Sequence record: OR805295.1
Reading direction: 5' to 3' (one strand)
DNA: 64,000 bases
Shown: positions 14,818 through 25,000 of the stretch, one piece after another
How positions within the stretch are numbered: position 1 is the first letter of the stretch
Layout of the letters: each line of letters starts with the position of its first letter
Notes under the pieces: generated by a model
Database searches by the model: none
Told to the model about the DNA's origin: nothing
The model's input: only the letters and a program-made list of their open reading frames with translations
Position numbers and translations under genes: made by a program

Positions 14818-15031
14818 ACATTTCGACAGTGTTACTAATATCCTATTTTTATCCCATTATATTATTGTAAATGATAAACTTATATCTGCATTTGTAAAAT
14901 TTTACAATACGGATAAAAATAAAGATGTTAAACCGCATTTTATTATAGTTACAGACTATTATAATAGAATATCGAAAAATATATTTTTTGTAGTAGACGA
15001 TGCGTATTATGTAACTAGGTATAATGAATGA
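14810..15031 (+). CDS. AT-rich hypothetical mini-ORF
   Basis: 8-nt overlap. Confidence 0.5.
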   Translation: MIKHFDSVTNILFLSHYIIVNDKLISAFVKFYNTDKNKDVKPHFIIVTDYYNRISKNIFFVVDDAYYVTRYNE

Positions 15032-15267
15032 ATTATCATACCAAACTCTTTACATTAGTTAATACATTTTCTATATCACATGCTATGCACTGCAATATAT
15101 GTAATGCACATTTAGCTAACATAACGTTTTTATTTTATGTTAAGGATGCATATTGCGTCGATTTGCATCACGTTAAGTTAACAACAAAAAAATTGTTTAA
15201 TAAAGATGAAATTTATATGTTTACTAATATAAATTCTTTAAAAATATGTGAAATACGTTGTGTATAA
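15028..15267 (+). CDS. AT-rich hypothetical mini-ORF
   Basis: ATGA overlap. Confidence 0.5.
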   Translation: MNYHTKLFTLVNTFSISHAMHCNICNAHLANITFLFYVKDAYCVDLHHVKLTTKKLFNKDEIYMFTNINSLKICEIRCV

Positions 15268-15406
15268 CTTTTTATATTATAATAAAAAGATTATAGTTTT
15301 ATAACATAGTTGAGAATCATCTAAATTTATGTTCATTGTATATACTAATACCCAATAATCTTACTTATTAACGTACTATTCGACATTATAGGATTTTATA
15401 ATTGAT

Positions 15407-15592
15407 ATGTATATAATAGACCTGCAATATTTTTATTCCTACAAATCTATAATAAAATCTATAATATATATTAACACACATTCCATTAATGTACGTTTTT
15501 CATTAATAAAATACCACTACGCATGGCTAGTATATACTAGTCACGGTCATACATTATTCAACAAAATAATAACAGATAATATTGCTAAGTAA
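15407..15592 (+). CDS. AT-rich hypothetical mini-ORF
   Basis: ORF track. Confidence 0.4.
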   Translation: MYIIDLQYFYSYKSIIKSIIYINTHSINVRFSLIKYHYAWLVYTSHGHTLFNKIITDNIAK

Positions 15593-15693
15593 TCGTTTCA
15601 TATTTGCTTATAAACACAATGTTTACATAATTGTATTACATAGTATATTATTAAGTATTGTTGCAAGGATCGCAACAACGGAGATAACAAGGA

Positions 15694-15870
15694 ATGTTAA
15701 CAATTTCATCAGTAGAATTGGCATATGTAAATACTACATGCCTTTTTAGGGCATCCATGTTGCTAAGGGAAATGCCAGGTAGTAATATAAGAGTTTATCT
15801 AGGTAAAAAAGTACAAACGATGGTAATGTTGTCACGTACATTACCTGTTAAAATTGGATATATTCCGTAG
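15694..15870 (+). CDS. 58-aa hypothetical protein (not in ORF track)
   Basis: GGAG at 15680-15683 upstream; MLTISSVELAYVNTTCLFRASMLLREMPG... Confidence 0.5.
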   Translation: MLTISSVELAYVNTTCLFRASMLLREMPGSNIRVYLGKKVQTMVMLSRTLPVKIGYIP

Positions 15871-15882
15871 AAGGGTTAAGAA

Positions 15883-16860
15883 ATGACTATAGTATATGCA
15901 CATGAAATAAAAAATGATGTTTTTGTAGTTAGAACTAGTGCATATCTGTTTAACAATAATACAGTAATCCCTAGGCAAAATAACGGAAAACCTATTATTT
16001 CTGTCGATTTTGCTATACATGACGGAATAAAAGAATATGCAGTAAAAAGTAATGGTTTGATAGAATTTTATGCATCTAAAGACGACATAGAAACTAAACA
16101 GTACACAATAATAACATATATTCATTATGTTTCTCATTATATTCATTCTGTAGATAATACCATATTGTCTGTTCAAGATTATGACACATTTAAACTATGT
16201 AATGAAATAGATAAAGGATATTTAAATCTTTATTCCGAGTGCTATGCTAAGACAAAATACAAAGAAGATACAATCCAAATTGTCATACAAAATAAGCTCG
16301 AAAGTATTGAAGATGAAATGCTAAGAAAGCATGCAATGCCTGTATTTTTGCCAGATCCGCACAACGTAAGTTCTGGAAAATCAGTGTATTCTATAAATTT
16401 AGAAAATGTAATTATAGATTACATTGAAACTAATGTTAATTCTGTAGTTAAAAATAAACTTGAACAAAAAATAAAAAATCCTTCTGAACCGTATTTTTAT
16501 AAATCGAAAATTCTTAGAAATCAATATTATATAGAAAAAACAAACAATTCTATTGCACTAAGTATAGGGCAATCACTACACAATACACTCTATACTAGAG
16601 ATACATTTGTTGGGTCTATAGAAAGTATTAACATATCGTTAAAACATGCTATGAAACAACTAAAACTGATGTGCGATCTTTATATATCGTTAAATGATAC
16701 ATCAAATACCGATATGACCTTTTTAGTTAGCCATCTTGACTCACTAGCTAGAATAGTACGACAGATAGATTTTAAAATAAAAGATAAAGACAAAAGAACC
16801 TTATTAACTGATTCGATTGATAAAATAAAAGAAAGTATAATAAAAAGAAAAGAAGATTAA
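15883..16860 (+). CDS. hypothetical protein, 325 aa
   Basis: Long ORF; no motif recognised. Confidence 0.85.
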   Translation: MTIVYAHEIKNDVFVVRTSAYLFNNNTVIPRQNNGKPIISVDFAIHDGIKEYAVKSNGLIEFYASKDDIETKQYTIITYIHYVSHYIHSVDNTILSVQDYDTFKLCNEIDKGYLNLYSECYAKTKYKEDTIQIVIQNKLESIEDEMLRKHAMPVFLPDPHNVSSGKSVYSINLENVIIDYIETNVNSVVKNKLEQKIKNPSEPYFYKSKILRNQYYIEKTNNSIALSIGQSLHNTLYTRDTFVGSIESINISLKHAMKQLKLMCDLYISLNDTSNTDMTFLVSHLDSLARIVRQIDFKIKDKDKRTLLTDSIDKIKESIIKRKED

Positions 16861-16875
16861 ATCTTCTTTTCTTTT
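16843..16875. terminator. bidirectional terminator at convergent junction
   Basis: AAAAGAAAAGAAGAT-TAA-ATCTTCTTTTCTTTT. Confidence 0.75.
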
Positions 16876-18094
16876 ATATTATTAAAATTGTTTTTGTATA
16901 AGTATACGTATTATTGTCGTATGTAGTTACTCGCCATATTATGTCTTGCGTCTGTCCCACTGTGCCGGAATTTGATGAAAAAGTCCATGTTCTGTTAACT
17001 ACAACAGGATCGTTGGGTCTTACATAATTAACAGATCCCTTTGAATTTGTTCTAGTTGTATTAGATCCTACAGGCAGAGGGTATGCAACTCCGTCAAACA
17101 CTATTTCTTCAGATACAATTGCTTGATAGCCGAATGTAAATATTGCAGATCCGGTTATGCTAGCACCCTGCTGTACTTGGTTAGGACCAGAAATGTTCAT
17201 AGTAGGAACTATTGCTGCACTATTTGTTAAATTATATAACAGTGCATAAGTAGGCGATATAACAGGATATATTGCACTAGAAATATGTTCTATTACTGTA
17301 AATTGCAAATTTCCTTGAACTATAGTTTGTGTGTCAAATTCCGTAAATATTACATAAAATGATATAACAGATGGACTGTTTAACTTTGCTTGAACAGACA
17401 TCTGGACGTTGTCTATTTTAAGTATAAAAACTGTTTGATATGTATTATTTAATTCATAGAACGTTTTAGTACATAGTTTGCTGTTAGTTGGTACGCTTGG
17501 TGCAGATATTCCGAAAAATACAACAGAATTTATATTTTCTAAAAGCTCCTTCATCTTTGTAGAAATAGTAGTGCTCGGCGAGGTCAACTGAGGCGTTATT
17601 CTTATTGCGCCGCCTGTATTGAAAAATTGTCTTGCATGATTATTATCATTAAATGTGACAGTAAACTCAGAATATACAGATTGATCCCACGGAGCACTCG
17701 TTGGTCTACTAGATGTTAGTTTAGTAGTATAAGTCGGATTTGCTAATTTACCTCTATTAGTTTCTAATAAAGATAATGCATCGCCTAACGGTAATAGTGT
17801 ACCGGGCGGTTGCATTACATCATAGTTATATGCAGCAATTGTATTATTTGAAGATACAATTGCTGGCCAGGCTGCGCCTAGTAACGATGTGCCTTGATGT
17901 AATGCAATAGTTTGCATAGTAGAAAACAGTGTATTCCAGTTAGATGCACTGATTATATTTCCTATAGCAACTTGTTGTACAGGAACAGTCTGTCCGTATC
18001 CGTAACTACCTGTTCCTGTGCCTAAAATATTTTGTATTTTAGAAGAAAATAGATTATAATCGGCAGCCTGTATTACCTGATTTCTTGCGTACAT
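16874..18094 (-). CDS. virion structural protein (fibre/baseplate-associated), 406 aa
   Basis: IQAADYN...GYGQ N-terminus typical of jumbo-phage structural proteins; last gene of structural operon. Confidence 0.75.
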   Translation of the reverse strand: MYARNQVIQAADYNLFSSKIQNILGTGTGSYGYGQTVPVQQVAIGNIISASNWNTLFSTMQTIALHQGTSLLGAAWPAIVSSNNTIAAYNYDVMQPPGTLLPLGDALSLLETNRGKLANPTYTTKLTSSRPTSAPWDQSVYSEFTVTFNDNNHARQFFNTGGAIRITPQLTSPSTTISTKMKELLENINSVVFFGISAPSVPTNSKLCTKTFYELNNTYQTVFILKIDNVQMSVQAKLNSPSVISFYVIFTEFDTQTIVQGNLQFTVIEHISSAIYPVISPTYALLYNLTNSAAIVPTMNISGPNQVQQGASITGSAIFTFGYQAIVSEEIVFDGVAYPLPVGSNTTRTNSKGSVNYVRPNDPVVVNRTWTFSSNSGTVGQTQDIIWRVTTYDNNTYTYTKTILII

Positions 18095-19530
18095 TATTTA
18101 GAGCCTATTGCACATAAAACTAATTCTACATCCGATGTTGATTTAGAACTAATAGCACGTCCTATAATACTATATACACCCATAGGACCTAACTGTTGTA
18201 ATTCTGACATTGTTATTCTGCGGGCAACACCAGGAACATCACTTGCAACTAATCTATCGCCCTTAGATATGGGTCCTATTACTTTCACGGGTACTCTTCC
18301 TGCTAATGCGACAAACGGATGAGTGTCATCTGTTCCTGCGTCGGCATTCATCATTATGCCTGCACTTGTACTTATTACACCGAATACTTCTGTATCTGCA
18401 TCGAGTGTTGTCATTGTTATTTCTTTAGAACCACCCAATTTAACTACAGTTCCTGTATCTAATTCTCCATCAGCTTCATATCTTTCTGCAAGATCTGCAT
18501 ATTTACTTGATGTAGACGTACCTATTAAATTAGTTCCATAAATATTTTGGAAAGGACTAGTTTGACTTCCTATAGAAGAAGTAGTTGTTCTAGCATTTAT
18601 TTTAGATGTTGTTATTTCGTTTATGTATGATAGGCCAAATGCATTATTAACATCGCCCATTGTGGTAGTATCAGGTACACCAGGAATTATCTTATCTCTT
18701 GCATATAATTCCATACCGTATATTTTAGAATATCTATTTGTATCTGAACCTAAAGTAAACGCATTAGTTGTGCTAGGTATTAAGTTAGTAATAACACCAT
18801 AACCTGGCTGCCCGGATCCGACTGATAAACTATTAGCATACATCCCGCTTGCATATACACCTGCAATTCTACTCGAAGCACTACCTAGAGTATCAGTTGT
18901 GTTTTTCATCCCAACTGCTGTATCACTAAGAGGTATAAAACCTAAAGTAATATTACCGTTTGATCTAGAAAATACAATTTCTTGTGTTGCAAGAAATCTT
19001 CTTGCATATATATCTGCAAATGTTAAACTTGCCGAACCTATAGAATACTGAGAATTTGTACTGGGTAGTACATTACCGCCTATAGTAGTAGAACCTAATT
19101 GAGTTGTTCCTGCAACTAAATTAGTTGTATTAACTGTACTGAAATAACCGACTCTGAATCTATTTGCGGCTGCGCCTAAATCTACTGTATTTGTTGCAGG
19201 AATTATTGTAGAATCTACTGTACTTATTAATGATTTCCACGATGCATGATTTGGGTTTGCACTAGTGTTGTCTGTAGAATTGACAGGATCGTTTCCTATC
19301 CACACTTTCATTACATTAGTTCTAGTATCAAACCAAAGTTGCCCTTTTATTGCACCCCGAGGAGATGTATTATTTGCAAAGTTTTCTAATGTTCTTATTG
19401 TAGACTGTGCTAAAGATTGTCCATATGCAGGTGTTATTCTACCGACTAAGCTAGTAGAATATACGTTAGATATAGTACCATCAGGTATTGCTATTATATT
19501 TCCGTTTGACTTTGTAATTGTATATGACAT
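18094..19530 (-). CDS. tail fibre with C-terminal peptidase G2-type intramolecular chaperone
   Basis: Repeated IP...LGS...RF..IY shaft motifs; KYADLAERY...VALAGRVPVKV C-terminus. Confidence 0.8.
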   Translation of the reverse strand: MSYTITKSNGNIIAIPDGTISNVYSTSLVGRITPAYGQSLAQSTIRTLENFANNTSPRGAIKGQLWFDTRTNVMKVWIGNDPVNSTDNTSANPNHASWKSLISTVDSTIIPATNTVDLGAAANRFRVGYFSTVNTTNLVAGTTQLGSTTIGGNVLPSTNSQYSIGSASLTFADIYARRFLATQEIVFSRSNGNITLGFIPLSDTAVGMKNTTDTLGSASSRIAGVYASGMYANSLSVGSGQPGYGVITNLIPSTTNAFTLGSDTNRYSKIYGMELYARDKIIPGVPDTTTMGDVNNAFGLSYINEITTSKINARTTTSSIGSQTSPFQNIYGTNLIGTSTSSKYADLAERYEADGELDTGTVVKLGGSKEITMTTLDADTEVFGVISTSAGIMMNADAGTDDTHPFVALAGRVPVKVIGPISKGDRLVASDVPGVARRITMSELQQLGPMGVYSIIGRAISSKSTSDVELVLCAIGSK

Positions 19531-19532
19531 TA

Positions 19533-21278
19533 TTAACCTACCCTAATCCATACGTATGCACATTGCCACGGAGATTGGTTATTATGTTTTCCGTCGCCGC
19601 CGGCAGAAGAAGTTAGAGGAGCTGTGGTAACGCTCTGGAATCCGTAACCGTCTTCGACCCTAGCAGATTGACCGCCGACTGAACCGAATCTACCCGATTG
19701 CGAAACGTTATTTCCGAAACCTTGTATATGCTGATGCGCTGGCATCTCTGCTACAGTAAGTTTATGGAAATAAGTTCCTCCCGTTGATCCAGCAGCATAT
19801 CCACCCGAATCTCCATTTGCATCAGTAGTAGATCCGTTCCCGACTATAGATCTGCCCTGTGCATACGGATTCCAGACCCCGAACCCTAAATAAGTTGCTG
19901 GGTTTGCCGAATTAGTTGCGTTAATGTATACAGAACCTATAGGATATACTAATTCTCTAGTAGCTGCAATGGCAGTTAAAATTTTCTGATCTACTTGGTC
20001 TTGGGTATAAACAGTAGGAAGATTGCCAGTATGCCATATTCTTTGACCGTTTATATATAGCGCGCCGTCGTTTACGCCATCTGTATGCAGTCGGACATCG
20101 TAATCAGTAGAAGAGTTTGTGCCATGGTGAAAATCTAAATACCTAGCTATTTCTGTAACACCAGATGTACTAACAACGGGAATCTTGTTAGCCATATTTC
20201 CAGGAACACCGGGTGCTATAACATCGTGTGACGCTGCTGTGCCTAATCCAACTACAGTTGTGTTCATTGTAACGTTTGCAGTACCGTCTAATACTACTGA
20301 GCCTAAAACATTTCCAGTTAGTGTTAATGTTCTACCAAACGTCCATTTATCTGCAGAAGCTGCTCTGGTTGCATTAGTCGCACTTGATGCATTACCTACG
20401 AAATTTACAGAATACATGTTTCTATAGCGCCGAGCAGTAGAACCTAAGTCATACGTATTGTCTATTACAGGCATCAAATGAGAATTTAAACCTTGATTTG
20501 TGCCAGTTCCTAATGTTAATAACGTCGTATTTACATCTTGACCGAAGAATCTTGTTACTCTATATGAAGTACCACCTATAATCCATGTACCCCTACAGAA
20601 TAAATCGTTATTAGGCCCGTTTTCTAATGCTATAACAGAAGAACCATTAGTAAAAGTTATACCACCGGAATTAATCCATGCTTTCTTTGTATATAAATTA
20701 TCCCATTGTTTTGCAGACGAACCCAAACTAGAAGATGTTATATACTGACAAGGGTTCGGCATAGTCGATTGGGTTTCGGGTAGTATGTCACCTTGAACTG
20801 AAGTATTTCCTACAACTGTAAGAGCAGTTCTGTTAGAACTAGATGTACATTTTCTTAAAGTTGCTTCTGTTCCGAAAAAGCCTACTGCATAGATATTTTT
20901 AAATCTAAGTGTAGGAGACCCTATATTAATTGTATTATCAACCTTTGGCAATAGATCTTGTATTAATGCTCCGCCGATAGGAGTCCACATTTCGTTAGAT
21001 CTATCTGCACTAGTGTTATCGTTGGGAGATAGGGGGTCTGCTCCTTTCCATACTTTAAGTATTTCCTGCTGGGTATCATACCACAATTGGCCCTTAATAG
21101 CCCCCCGAGGCGGAATTGCATTGGCAAAATTTTCTAAATGCCTAATTGTACTCTGTGCTATTTCTCCGCCATATGGTGATATGTCTTTGCCTAGCAATGG
21201 CAAAGTATAATTCTCTAATATTGTTTGGTCTGCAACAGTAATAGGGGTGCCGTTACTTTTGGAAATATTATATGACAT
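19533..21278 (-). CDS. tail fibre / baseplate fibre with T4 gp10/gp12-like C-terminal domain
   Basis: Same N-terminal anchor as neighbour; RYLDFH..DYDVRL motif; YPIGSVY...EMPAHQH...HNNxxP C-terminus. Confidence 0.8.
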   Translation of the reverse strand: MSYNISKSNGTPITVADQTILENYTLPLLGKDISPYGGEIAQSTIRHLENFANAIPPRGAIKGQLWYDTQQEILKVWKGADPLSPNDNTSADRSNEMWTPIGGALIQDLLPKVDNTINIGSPTLRFKNIYAVGFFGTEATLRKCTSSSNRTALTVVGNTSVQGDILPETQSTMPNPCQYITSSSLGSSAKQWDNLYTKKAWINSGGITFTNGSSVIALENGPNNDLFCRGTWIIGGTSYRVTRFFGQDVNTTLLTLGTGTNQGLNSHLMPVIDNTYDLGSTARRYRNMYSVNFVGNASSATNATRAASADKWTFGRTLTLTGNVLGSVVLDGTANVTMNTTVVGLGTAASHDVIAPGVPGNMANKIPVVSTSGVTEIARYLDFHHGTNSSTDYDVRLHTDGVNDGALYINGQRIWHTGNLPTVYTQDQVDQKILTAIAATRELVYPIGSVYINATNSANPATYLGFGVWNPYAQGRSIVGNGSTTDANGDSGGYAAGSTGGTYFHKLTVAEMPAHQHIQGFGNNVSQSGRFGSVGGQSARVEDGYGFQSVTTAPLTSSAGGDGKHNNQSPWQCAYVWIRVG

Positions 21279-21281
21279 AAA

Positions 21282-21887
21282 TTACCCCATTTGCACTCTA
21301 ACAGTATATTGTATTTGTAATGCTCTATTAGATGATTTTTGTATAGGATGGAATATTACATGAGTAATCATTATTGCTTCACTTTGATCTAAATTTCCAG
21401 CTATACTAGGCGGACCTACATATAACGCAATTTCATCGAATACAGAACTATCTTTATTATCTTCTGCAAAACTAGGAGCTCTGTCTATAATTTGTTGTTG
21501 TAGTCCTGCTTCATCGTATGCAAGAGTAGTGGTTACTTTTAAATCTGAAAAGTTTGTACTTCCTAAAATAACTTCTATTTTATTTTGAAGTGTATTATCT
21601 ATTTCTTTTTTAAATGTTTCGTTATATAACGAATCGTCGGGATTGCGTATAATAGAAACATTGGGTTCCCTATAAATTATTTCACCCTCAGCAGTCACTC
21701 GAGTGCCACCGTTGCCGAAAGCCATATATCTTACGTGCCCGTTATCTTGTCCAGCCAATGCAGATACTATAGCAGCAGCCAAATTACCGAAATGAATTGC
21801 ATTCTTTTTGCTAAGAAGTATTTCACCCGTGTCTTTATCTACAATAGTAAGATGCCCAATAGCACGGATAGTTCCACTATCTTGCAT
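21282..21887 (-). CDS. conserved virion structural protein, 201 aa
   Basis: NAIH...MAFGNGG...FDEIALY...IFHPIQKS pattern; located in fibre/baseplate operon. Confidence 0.75.
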   Translation of the reverse strand: MQDSGTIRAIGHLTIVDKDTGEILLSKKNAIHFGNLAAAIVSALAGQDNGHVRYMAFGNGGTRVTAEGEIIYREPNVSIIRNPDDSLYNETFKKEIDNTLQNKIEVILGSTNFSDLKVTTTLAYDEAGLQQQIIDRAPSFAEDNKDSSVFDEIALYVGPPSIAGNLDQSEAIMITHVIFHPIQKSSNRALQIQYTVRVQMG

Positions 21888-21888
21888 A

Positions 21889-22014
21889 TTAACCCCTTTT
21901 ATTTAATAATTCTTTATTTGTTTTCAGATCTACAATTTTAACGTGATCGAGGGCGTGACCGAGCACGTCCTCGTCTGGTTTTTTATTGTTACTGTTATCT
22001 TTCTTATCATCCAT
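21889..22014 (-). CDS. 41-aa mini-protein resembling N-terminus of downstream gene (not in ORF track)
   Basis: MDDKKDNSNNKKPDEDVLGHALDHVKIVDLKTNKELLNKRG; directly behind late promoter at 22020. Confidence 0.75.
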   Translation of the reverse strand: MDDKKDNSNNKKPDEDVLGHALDHVKIVDLKTNKELLNKRG

Positions 22015-22019
22015 ATCGA

Positions 22020-22027
22020 TATTTATC
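22020..22027 (-). promoter_or_regulatory. late promoter GATAAATA
   Basis: Variant of T4 TATAAATA; recurs before many structural genes. Confidence 0.7.
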
Positions 22028-22038
22028 TGTGTTTTAAA

Positions 22039-25000
22039 CTACGGAGTTAATCCACTTCCGGGTCTGTTTTGTAAAAATATAGCCCAGGGAGTTGTACTTA
22101 GAGCAAGTCCACCGTTATTATTTTCCCATATGTACTTACCAGTATCTTCTTGTTCTTGTTTATACGAACCGTCAAATACTCTAGTATATAGAGGCACAGT
22201 TGTATCTCCGTTTGTTCCGGTATATACAGATGTCCCTAATGATCCCCTAGTCAATCCATGTAATTTATTACCGCGTTTATATAAGAATTCTATACGTTCT
22301 GTTCCTATCCAAACTACACCGGGTTTACTACTAGACGGATCTACTATTGCAGATGCATCTACTAACTCTATAGATTTATCTGTAAGTTTTAATGGTTTAG
22401 CTAATCTAGTGCTATAATAATCAGAAATCCTAACATAGTGTGTTTCGCCCATTTCATCTAGGTGTACCCTAAAACTTAGTGGTTTGGCAGGATATTTGAT
22501 TACAACATTATCACCTTGCATTGTAACTGGATTTATGAAATTGTGTTGTTCATTGAATACAGCTACCCACGAATTATTAACAATATCGGTTACTTTTTGA
22601 ATGTTTGTTTCAGTCCAATCGATTCGTATAATATCGCCTGCGTTAAGAGTACCCTTATATACTACTAATAACTTAGCATTATCACCTGTTATATTTGTAA
22701 ATTCTATAGTGTAGTCTTTGTCTTTAGTTTTACTAATTCCATTTATATAAACTGTCTCTCCTACAAAATTACGTATACTAGTATCTACAGTGAAAAGTTT
22801 TGTATTTGTATACAACATTTCTTTACTCTTACGAGTATATAAATTATTAGACACACTGATCATTCTTTTGTTAGCAGCAACAAACATGTCTATTGTTTGC
22901 AACTTATATTCAGACGTAGTAACAGAAGTTATGTTATATTTGTTCATTACATATGAAACATAATCATCTAACTTCATTATAGAATAAGATTGATACTTAA
23001 CTGTAATTACAGTTCCTGCACTCGGTGCAATTTCAAAATTAATAACAAGTTCAGGAGTAATTCCACTATTATCTACAACTACTGTATAGCCATACATTGC
23101 AACTCCGCTCGAATAAACACCCTGGACTCTGTTGGGGAGAATATTCATACCTGTATGTATCATAGTATCTACACCATTTGCAGTAATATCTACGAACTTG
23201 TATGTAAGTTGTCCCGATGCCTGTGCGACTACTTCGTCAGGATTAGCAATAGTTGGCATATCTATAGGTAGTAAATACACACTATCTGCATTTTCTGGAG
23301 AATCTATGCTTGGATCCCAAGCAAATGTATCCCATGTGTTTATATCTTTATTTTGTTTTGTATTTCTTAAATCTACAGTTATGTATCCTTGAGTATTATC
23401 CCTTACTACTGAATTAGTATCAAACCTATAATCGTTAGCTACAGTAGTTTGTGAAGTATAATTATCTTTATAGACTACTGATATAATATCACCTGTACTG
23501 AAACTAGTAGGATATGCAATGACTACGGTATTAATGCCGTTGTTATCTATATTAAACTTCAATTTGTCTTCAGTATTAGGATCTCCGTTTATAACTAACC
23601 CTATTATGTCCTGTAACACTATTTTTTCAGTTAATACTATTTTAACAAACGGATTCGAAGTATCTGTATTAGTAACAACATACTGAACTTCTGTAGTTTT
23701 CGCATTAGAATCTACAATAATAACCATATTCTCTGTAGGAGATACTAATGCTTGTTCTTCCGGGATTCCTTCTCTTACGTTAGTATCTTCAAAATATGCA
23801 CCATCTATTATAGGCTTACTAGTGTCACTGTTAAATGTATTAGTAACAGGATTAAAAGTAAATACTATTTCGTCACCTTCTGCCGCGCCAGGAACTTCTA
23901 TAGATGTGAAATTAGAACCTTTTGTAGCAGTGTATTGTGTAGAAGATCCATTTAGTGTTACGCCAGTTATATCTACTACATATCGTATGACAAATGTTGT
24001 TTTTCCTTCCGATATAACTGTTGCACTTGTTTCAGTATAATTAGGAGTAATAACATACGTAGCAGTAGAGGCATCCCATGCATATTCGTCCCACTTTGTA
24101 CTATCCCACGGTCTGCTAAATATGTACTCAAAATCTTTAGCATCTATTACCTTACCTTCATAGTCACAACCATATTCGTCGCCGAATCGTTCATTGAATT
24201 GGAATAAAACATCTCTCTCGCCGGCTGAACTTTCGTATAGACGTTCAGTAAACGAACTGTATGGATATGAACCGTTTATGGGTGCGGCACTTAAAATATC
24301 CCGTTGGAGGTCAGTTTGATATAAGATATATCTTCCAGCAGCGCCAGAATATTGTAAGTATTCAGTCCATAATTGACGATTACCTTCTTGTATTGTGCCC
24401 GGTATACCCCAACGTAATTGACCCCACTTAGGTATACCCCAGCCGCCTGCGATTTTACCAGCCGGATCTATTGCTAAATCAAATATAGGTTTAAGTACTT
24501 TACCGGGTTGTCTAGCATTATATTCTAACCTCATTTCCTCTAACGGAGTTTGGGTGAATTCTGTACCAGAATATAATTTTATTTTAGATCCTATTTTAAT
24601 AAGAGTATTTGATTTAAATGTTACTTGTAGATAACCATTCTCGTTTATTTCTACATCATATTGCTCTTTAGTAATGGTTTTTCCATCTACCTTAATTTTC
24701 CAAACAGATTTTATATCAGTGTAATTTACTATTATTACATCACCTGCATCAGGAGTAGATGGAAGTATTATAAATGTTGCATTTAATATTGTAGTGAATG
24801 TATAACCTTCTATTTCTTGCCCATTTATTGTTACAGATGTTATTCTAGAAATATCTTTATTAGCACCTAATTGATATTGAGAAATTCCATCTAATGCTAT
24901 AAATTCATCATTAGGAGTATTTGCTATAAGAACTACTTGACCACCGGTACCGATAAATGTTTGGTCGCCTAAGTCTATATAATTCGGTTTAGTTATGTAA

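Noticed and set aside
21946-21984. GC hairpin plus T-run that looks like a + strand terminator
   Set aside because: It lies inside the 41-codon minus-strand ORF (PDEDVLGHALD) and no + strand gene precedes it.
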